Of a stretch of 64,000 bases of DNA, positions 54,747 through 64,000 are shown piece after piece; positions within the stretch are counted from its first letter, which is position 1; each line of letters starts with the position of its first letter. The stretch lies in NCBI RefSeq assembly GCF_009914755.1, contig NC_060931.1; one strand, written 5' to 3'. Under the pieces are notes generated by a model. It was not told the DNA's origin, made no database searches, and saw only the letters and a list, made by a program, of their open reading frames with translations. Source of the stretch: the human T2T-CHM13v2.0 reference genome, Homo sapiens. The position numbers and the translations under genes were made by a program.

Positions 54747-55199
54747 TAATAATCTAACAATAAAAGGTATTGCTTAGGATAGTTATGAATAATTTAAAAA
54801 TTATTATAAAGCTAATCAGACTTAGGTTAAATATGTTATGCACTGGCGTATAATCTATCTTAAAAAACAAATGCAATCAGTTCCTTTTCCTTGGCCTAAA
54901 ATGTAGACCGACCCAAGATCTCAGCTTTCTTGCTAAATTTGTCTCCTATTAAGACTGAATCTACCCTGTTTTGGCTTTTATCTGTGAAGACTATCAAATG
55001 TCAATTATTTTTCTTGAAAGTCAATTCCTTCTTCTTCCTTATACCCACCCAGGCAACAATTACGGATGTTTCTGTAATAACTTAGATTCCTTCTTTATCA
55101 CTCCTGCTCTGATTCAGGCTCTTCTTGCTACATTGAGGGCTCTAAAAGCCAGTCTCTTCTGGGTTGAAGACAGGTATGTTTTAAAGTAAGTCTTTCTCT

Positions 55200-56200
<1,001 letters not shown>

Positions 56201-57239
56201 AAACTGAGCTAAGCTTAAACTGGTAGAATGAAGTCTGGGAGAAAATAAATTAGTAAGTAAACATTTACTTGCTAAACAACTGTAAGGGAAAAACCAGGAT
56301 ATAGTTTTAAATTTGAGACAAATATTAATCGATATACTTTGAGAGGGGCACTTAAGAAATACTCTTTTCAGGATAAGAAATATTAAGGCGATATATTCTC
56401 TAAGAATAAGTTTCTACATAATCTAATCTAGTTTAGGCTTAAGTTGTATGAAGTACCGTTTGTATTAGGTTGATAACCAATTTAGTTTATTAGGAATGGT
56501 ACTATATACAAGATATTTGCTGACTGAAAGCACGTTTGATACCTCAAAAGACAACGCTGACAACGCCGCTTTTGCAGTGTGCTTACAAAGGAACAAAAAA
56601 CAAAACAAACCCCAAAGGCCATTTCTTTTTCAAATAAGAAATACAAATGCAGGATAAACTTCAGTGCTTGCAGCAAAACTAGGCATTAAAGAAAAATGCT
56701 ATAAAATATATTTCCTTAAAAATATCCAGCTCAGTTTTTTTCTTCTTCCCACCTTTTTGGGGCAGAACTATCTCTGGGCCATCAGCAGTCTTCTGCCTTG
56801 CCTGGAGCCTCCCTAACCTTTCATCTCTTATCCAAATTGTTTATCAAAAGAGCTCCTTTAAAAGAGTTTAAAAGCCAGTATTTACAGTTTATAGACTGCA
56901 CAGTTAATCTTATCAATCTCTAAAAAACCATGTATACCTGAATGCCCATCAAGTGTCAAGCACTAGGCTGGGTTATCAACATAAAGAATGACACATTTAC
57001 TTGCGAGTAGGGATTTTGCAGTTTCAAGAGGCAAAGAAAAGGTTCAAATTGTATTATCCAGAAGTGAGAAAGACGCACTCCAGGTAGCAGGACAAAAGCA
57101 CAAAGGTATGAAATGGCATAGCACTTTTGAGATGGTGTGCATTTTAATTTTAACACACCAGAAGATATGCTATGTGAACCTAGTAAGCTTACCGCAACTG
57201 CAATGTTCCAAAGTTAAGAGACAATAATTTCAACAAAAA

Positions 57240-60200
57240 CAAGGAAAAGGAGGTTGGGGTGTAATTTACTCAAATAATCTTTGTGAGGGGATGGGGGAAG
57301 AAAATTCTTAAAAAACAAGTACCAAGCTTAGTATTTTTATTGAGCTCAGAAAGCCTGTGGTCCCCAGTAAACTTTTACATTGCCTACCTGTGGCACTGAA
57401 GCTGGCAGAGCTAAGATGGAGGTGAAAATTGGAGAGGTATTGGAACATAATAGGCCCAAATGAAATTGCCCAGGCAGAATATATGAATGTATGAAGGCAG
57501 TCAAAGAAAAGTAATTCCAAGTATGAACAGTATTTAAAATGCCATAGGAAAGTCAAGAAAAATTGAGAGCTCAAGAAGTTCGTGGATTTGGCAATCAGGA
57601 ACAATGAAGGTACACGCTGATTAAAGGCACAAAACAAGGAAAGGGTGTTTCCATTCGCTTGGAAAATGGCCTTTTTTCCTTATTAAGGCACGGTGAAAGT
57701 AGAAACATTCTGAAAATTACCTTAAAATCTACTGACTTCATATTTAGTTCCCTTTTTAAGCAGGAATAAAAACTGCTATGAAGGAAGGGGAGACATCTTA
57801 CACGTAACAAAGTAACCCTTGAAGACATTCAAGAGTTCTTAATGCTTACTTTCTATTCAGAGTGGACAAATTACATTCTTTGTACTAAATATTTATAGCT
57901 CATCCACATTCAGTTGCTTATAACTGAAAAAAGAAATCCACAAAAACTAGTGAGGATTTAAGGATACACAAATGAATTAAAAACCCAATCTTGTTTTCAA
58001 ACTACCAAGAGCCTACAACTAAGACTTAAGGAAATAGCACAACCTTGACCTCAGGTTCTTTTCAGGTCCAGCAATCATTTTCTCGTAGCACCAAGTATAA
58101 GCGCTCTGCCAAGAAGTAGGCCAGATTTTGGCTGCAAATGTGTTTGTTGAATAACTCCCCACCCTCTACACCACCCAAAAGGAGAAGCCCTTTAAAAATT
58201 ATTTGCTAGTTTTGACTACTTTAACTAGTTTGGCTAAGTGGGAAAAACGAAAAACAAACTTAGTCTACCTTAATGAATATGCCAAAATAGCCCCTAAAAC
58301 TGCTGGATATTTTCTCCTATCGAGATTTCAAAAGCTAAAAGTATAGTTTGTACTACTATAAAAGTGCTTCAAATTTCATGATGATGCAGGAACCTTAAGG
58401 AATAATATTCACCGGAAGTGCTTATAATTGCATCTTTTATTTTTAAAAACTACAAAAGGGCAACAGAAAGAAAGCAGACTTGAAAGTACTGAAAAGTCTT
58501 ACAACTTAATACAGTTTAAAACACGGCTTTTATTCCGTATTACTAATGCCCAGTGCAAAAAAAAAAAAAAAAAAAAAAAGCAGGCCCGGCGCGGTGGCTC
58601 ATGCCTATAATCCCAGCACTTTGGGAAGCTGAGACGGGCGGATCTCGAGAGTTCGAGACCAGCCTGGTCAATGGGGTGAAACCCCGTCTCTACTAAAAAT
58701 AGAAAAAATTAGCAGGGTGTGGTTGTGGGCGCCTGTAATCCCAGCTACCTGGGAGGCTGAGGCAGGAGACTCGCCTGAACCCGGGGAGGCGGAGGTTGCA
58801 GTGGGCCGAGATCTCGCCTCTGCACTCCAGCCTGGGCACAAAAGAGCGAATCCCACCGACAAAACTATATTCTTAAGGGATGTACAGACAGAAAACTGAA
58901 ATAAAGAACAGGAATCACAGGAGGAAGGAAGAGTCTGAAAAGGGCCCTTAAATTCAGATGGCTGCTTATGCCTTTTCAAAGCAATTAAAGTGTTCCTGGG
59001 TGTTATTTACACCTTTAAATTTGTTTCCAAACTTTGGAAATACTTTTCTATTTCAATCTGAGAAACTGTTTCCTCAGAAAGTAATCGATCCTCCTTGACG
59101 TTGTACCCCCAGAAGCTGGTCTACCCCTCGCTAGGCCTCCCAGAGGCCCTCAAGGACTCCTAGTTGATTCCGAGTCCCACGTCAGGGAACTACCACCTTA
59201 CATAAGTATACTTTGCGGGGAGAAAGGCAGATAAGAAAATAGGGCGCCAAACCTTCTCCACCAACAGCCGTCACACCCCACGAGGACTGTCCTGCGGGGG
59301 CTTTCCCCTGGGAGCCGCAGCTGTTCTGCCGTATGGGGGAGGGGAACGCTTTCCAACAGTCATCTCTTCCTCTTCAGGCCGCCAACGCCGACCGCACCAC
59401 AGTCTCCTCCGCCCAAGCCCTGTCCCCTCCCCCGCCCCGGCCTGGGTCGGAGCCAAACCCCACAGGAATGCAGCCCGGTCACATGCGCTGCGGCGGTGGA
59501 CGTGCCTCTCCCCCCGCGCCCCAAAGAGACCCAGCGCCATCTTGCCCTGACGCAGTTACAAAAGTCACGGGAGAAATCCTGTCTCCTCCTCCGCGCCAGC
59601 GCCCCAAAGTTTTGCAGAGGCCGAGCCGGGGCCCTCACCTCGCGCAGGGACAGTAGAAAATGGTCAGGGAAGAGCCTTGCGATTCCCTTCGCCACTGCTT
59701 GGGTTCCATATCGGCCGCGGCAGCAACGATCACCATCGTCACTTCTCCCTCTCTACCTTTGCAACAGCCTCCCCCTACGGCTTTGGCCCCACCCGCTGCT
59801 GCAGGATGAGGTCATCGCCAGCCAACCACGACGCGCCCGACAGGACACATCAGGCGCTGATTGGCTGCCGAGACCGCCTCTGCCTCTCCCCACTCCGCTT
59901 CCCCCAGCGCTCTGGGTCGCTGCGGGGCAAGGGGAAGACGGAAACCATTTCGGGGAAAGACCCCCAAAACAAGAGCCGGAATCGCCGTGTCATTTTAGTG
60001 GGGAAACCCTTCTTTTATTCTTTGGTCTCCCCCTTTTTTCTTCGAGATCACTGTCTGTCCCTCCCTCGTTTAATCACCGCCATATAAAGGAATTCCCACT
60101 CCCCTCCCCGCACATTGTCCCACCGGTGGGGAAATCCTTCCCCGAGGCCAAGAGAAGTATAGGAGGCAGCGACGGCAACTGCACCGACGGCAACGGCAGC

Positions 60201-60840
60201 TTTTTACCCCGAAGCACGGTGGCAGGGAGGCGGCGTTGACGGTGGCTGCATTTTTCCGGCTGCTTCTCCCCCCGACCTCTTCCGTTTCTTGCTCCTCCAT
60301 CGAGACAGCACTAGACTCGCCAGCTCCGCTTTTATCCGGTGCCCGGAGCCTGCGCACTGGAGCCTCCTCAGCCCCTAGTGGGCGTCGAGTGACACCCCAA
60401 CCGGGTTCACCCAGCGCTGGAGGCCAGACTGGGCTGGGGGAGGAGGGGGAGAGGAACGGGGAGACGGGACTGGGGTTGTTTGGGAGGGGGAGAAGGTGTA
60501 TCGCTTTCGGAGGGTGACGGGAGGGAGTTCGTTCCCAAGCCCTGCTGTCCTTGTTCGTGCACCCAATACTGGCATGCCCAAGCTCACCTATATCCAGACT
60601 TGAGGGCCACTGGGGGAAAGGGGGAAAGAACCAGTCCCACCGAATACCGACACTTCCTCAAACCTTCGGTGGATTGTTGAATGCATCTGTTGTCAGAAAG
60701 ACAGAGATTCCGTCCCCCTCACCGCCTCCAGTTTGCTATCTTCGAGCCTCCGCGGAGAGGCAACGGCGGGCGGCAGCCCACAAGCAAAATGGCGCCGGGC
60801 AGCTTCATCCCCTCCCCCTCTGCCCCTGCGGAGCGGGACG
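57240..60840 (-). ncRNA. KMT2E-AS1: KMT2E antisense RNA 1 (divergent lncRNA), limits approximate
   Basis: Inferred from known locus organisation head-to-head with KMT2E; ends cannot be read from sequence alone. Confidence 0.55.
58584..58863 (+). mobile_element. Alu, CpG-rich, tail-less
   Basis: Alu dimer next to the promoter CpG island. Confidence 0.85.
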
Positions 60841-60858
60841 GGCGTACCCCGTGCACTT

Positions 60859-60903
60859 GCCGCCGCCGCCGCCGCCGCCGCGGCCGCCGCCGCCGCCGCC
60901 GCC
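60859..60903 (+). repeat. (GCC)7 GCG (GCC)7 trinucleotide repeat at the KMT2E TSS
   Basis: Counted directly from the sequence. Confidence 0.97.
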
Positions 60904-61242
60904 ATTTTCCCAGAGCGAGAGGCAGTGACACTGAGCGGGCGCAGGGGGCCGAGTCGGAGACCGTGCCGGAGTTCGGGAGCGGCAACAGAGTGGGCATAGA
61001 CACTCCGAGCAGCCTCGCCGTCGTCTCTGCGTTCCTGTTGACTGCCTGGCTGCCCCCTCCCCTACTCCTCGGTTCCTGGTGAAGAGGCTGCGCGCTGCTG
61101 TTTGGGGAGGGGGTGTGTGGAGCCGGGTCCTGTGTCCGCAGTGGCTGCTGTCGGGGGGTCGCCTGTTCGCGGAGGTGCGGAGAGACTCCTTGGGGGTCGA
61201 GCACATAACGGGGTTCGGGTGTCTCGTGTGTGAACATCACAG
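60904..61242 (+). other. KMT2E: KMT2E (MLL5) non-coding exon 1 / 5'UTR; start approximate
   Basis: CAGAGCGAGAGGCAGTGACACTGAGCGGG...GTGTGAACATCACAG matches my recall of the KMT2E mRNA 5' end; ends at donor CAG|GTTAGT (61242/61243); inside a CpG island. Confidence 0.88.
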
Positions 61243-64000
61243 GTTAGTGCCTGTCGTCTCCATGGGAGTTCCTGGGGCTTGCGGGGTTGGGGTACTTGTG
61301 TTTCAAGGGGGAGGGAGGTCTCTCATCTTTATCCTTAAGCTGGGGGAGCCGACGTTGACTCTCAGGTGTCTTTGCCGGCGCAAGACGTTGCTTGCTTAAA
61401 TCGAATTTATTCTTTCTTCTCCCTGACCCTAGAAATGGAGCATTATGGCGGGTTTTAGGGTTGGGAAAGGGGTAACTGGCAGTTAAACCCCCTTGAGAGT
61501 GGGGGAGTTAGGGAGGGGGCGCACTCCTCATTGGCAGCGGGTTAAGGCCGCTTGAGTGAAGACGGAGGCTTGTGACTGTTAGTAGGGTTTGTGTCGAAGT
61601 GGTCCCAGGAGCTGCCAGCGCTCCCTTTTCTCAACCGCGTCTTGTTCAGGTGCTGAAAAGCCATATAGGCCCCATTTTCTTCTTCCATTTCTTGACGGGC
61701 AGTCTCTGGTATAATGTGCACATGAATACGAAGGGGGTAAGAAGAACGCCCTGGGCATCTCTCTTTGTGGGAGAGCGAGACAGCTAGCTCCTCATCCTCT
61801 CCTGGAGAGGGTAAACCCGCCCCTGAAGTGGTCACCCCAGTACCCAGCCTTCTCAGTCTCCTCCCCCACTCCTTTTGCATTACCGCCGTCCTTTACTGTG
61901 CCGGAGCCTTAGGATCTACAATATGGCTCATTTCAGAAAAGCTTATTTTGACCAAGGGATTGGCACAAATTCTATGGCAGCAGACACAGATGAGAAACAA
62001 ACGGTTCACTGTGCTAAACGGGGTGGGGGTGAGAAAAAAACAATCCAGAGTGCTCTCTTCTACTGGCCTTAGTTCCGTATAGATCCGTCCTTGCTGGGCT
62101 CTGTCTTAAGAACGATACAATTTAAAGTCAAAGAGGAATCGCTAGAGTTAGCTCTAGAGTAAACCTCGTTTTGCCTATTTTGTTCCCTTTTTAGAGATGT
62201 GAATAAGGTAAGGTGTTTGGAGTTCTGGAGACCTTGGAGAGAATTAAGTGAGGTGCATTCAACTCGAGGCTGGAGACATGAATACCTATTTGGAAAATAG
62301 TCTGTTTTTTTCCTTCAATTTCTGAGATGGGGAGTAAAAACTGAAATTTCCCTCTTTTGTCCTTTACAGATTCTAAAAATGGCGGCCCCAGGCTGATGTT
62401 GTGGTAATCTAATCAGCTCGGGTCCTCCACACCCCATGCAGTGCGTTTGTCTGCAGCATATTACAGGCTTATTATGTTTACATGAAAAGACTGGGCTGTT
62501 TTTCCTTCCCCGAGCCAGTTACAAAAATGTGTTGATTTTTTACTGCAAATTACAGTGCTGTGTTTTAGCTGATTAATTTGATTCGTTTTTCCTGAAAGGC
62601 AAATAAAATGTCTCCACTTTTGAAAAAAAAAAACAGCCTTGCAAATTTCAGTGGTGATGATGGGTGCGCTTCAACATTAAAAAAAAATTATTTGGGTACC
62701 AATAATAGTTTTTGTTTGGTTTAATCCAACCATCTTTTATTCAATATGCCAAAGTAGATTAAAATGTTTAGTAACTGTATAAGTATCATCTATTTTATAT
62801 GATTAAATGTTTCAATCTAGAGTAAGACATTTCCCAACCACCTCTTGACCCATTTTGTGGATTTTGGTTTTTGTATTGTGTTTTAGCTTAAATTTTAGGG
62901 AGCTGTACAAACAAGCTTAAACCTGTTACTTCATTGGGTGTAGAGATGCCATTATATTTTGCCATCCATTTTTCCCATGTATTTAAGCTTTCCTTAAGAA
63001 TTTTCAAAGTTTATTGTGTATTTGGTAAAGTGAAGCTTCATGCTGCCTTTAACAATCGTCTTACAGCATACTATCATCATTATGTAAGTTAAAAGTAAGG
63101 CTCCGATTCTGGATTTTTTTCCTCTTCAAATATGCCCATTTACCTATTATAGGATTGTGGAATTTAGTCTGTTTTAATAGACCTTAAATAAAAACATTAC
63201 CATAATAGGGTCTTGAATCCATTTTATGCTATTTTCAGAAACTTACAGACTGAGACTGAAAATTAAATGGTGTCAGGTGTCATTTAACTGAATTTTTTAA
63301 AGTGTGAAAGATTAGAATTCACTTTCGTAGTGGGAGTTCTTTTTGGGTTGAACTAAGCAGTGAGATGTGAGTGGGCCATTAATGACATTTAATGACCATT
63401 CTGATTGTGGAGCAACGGAAAGATGAGTGCTTTTCAATCCAGTAGTACTTTAAAAGGTTGAAGAGTATACACTGTTTCATGATTCTTTTATTCCATTGTA
63501 AATATTTTAGAGCAGCATTTACTTCATATGGTGACTGTATCAACTAGGTTGATAAGGTTCTAGCCTACGAAATAATTAGAGAAATAACTGGCTCAAGGAT
63601 TTTCTACATACCAGTGAGCTTCATCATGGAAGACTGAGCACACAACCTTACTTAGAATATTTGAAATATTTTATTATAAAGTGAAATGTTGGTGGGTAGT
63701 GGGCGAAATTTGTGTAGGGTTTTGGGGTCAGTACTCATTTGTATTTTGATCTGAGCAAGTATTTAAGTCCAGATCATTCACTGCTGTGTAAAGATTGTGC
63801 ATTTATTTTAAAGGCTGGGTGATTAAGGTCTGTGGTTCAGAAGCTTGGTACTTTAAACTTACTATTCAATATACAAAATCAGTGTATTCTTAAAAATTTG
63901 ATTTATGTGGCCATAGGAGGGAACACTGCCTGTGCCCGATGGTTTTCTTCATAGAGACCTTGGTCAGGTCTAGACAGACAAAGCAATTGAACTTATTTGG
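61243..64000 (+). other. KMT2E: KMT2E intron 1 (5' part)
   Basis: Follows the exon 1 GT donor; becomes AT-rich; no coding exon seen. Confidence 0.8.

Larger units (their letters stand above)
59100..61400. promoter_or_regulatory. CpG island / bidirectional promoter (KMT2E vs antisense lncRNAs)
   Basis: Very high GC and CpG density; CCAAT box (CTGATTGGCTG ~59857); YY1-type motifs at 60786 and 60900; G-run clusters 60431-60490. Confidence 0.92.

Noticed and set aside
59271-61399. Overlapping ORFs up to 247 aa, including poly-Ala/Arg/Pro
   Set aside because: Expected in stop-poor GC-rich DNA and a GCC repeat; as I recall, KMT2E coding sequence starts in a later exon outside the window

Overview
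Human genomic DNA with no bacterial or phage features. From recall of the mRNA 5' end, it is the chr7q22 interval upstream of KMT2E (MLL5). The right end holds the bidirectional CpG-island promoter, a symmetric (GCC)7-GCG-(GCC)7 tract, non-coding exon 1 (ends 61242) and the start of intron 1. The antisense lncRNAs KMT2E-AS1 and LINC01004 are expected on the minus strand. No protein-coding exon is supported; almost all listed ORFs derive from Alu, L1 or GC-rich sequence. The rest is dense in transposons: about 50 Alus, L1PA/L1M, MLT2/MLT1/LTR18, MER1B, MER5A, Tigger and MIR. An Alu-free block at 24.8-33.2 kb carries an AP-1 cluster, a CTCF motif and a second CpG island. The most unusual items are: (1) a TSD-flanked, A-tailed retrocopy of the 28S rRNA 3' end plus about 510 nt of a diverged 3'ETS (SINE28-like); (2) a second, older 28S fragment spanning helix 69 and the R2 target site; (3) a templated local duplication inside a MER1B; (4) a near-consensus young AluY; (5) candidate uORF-bearing micro-exons in KMT2E intron 1. 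Repeat boundaries are approximate, and family and gene names come from memory, not from a search.
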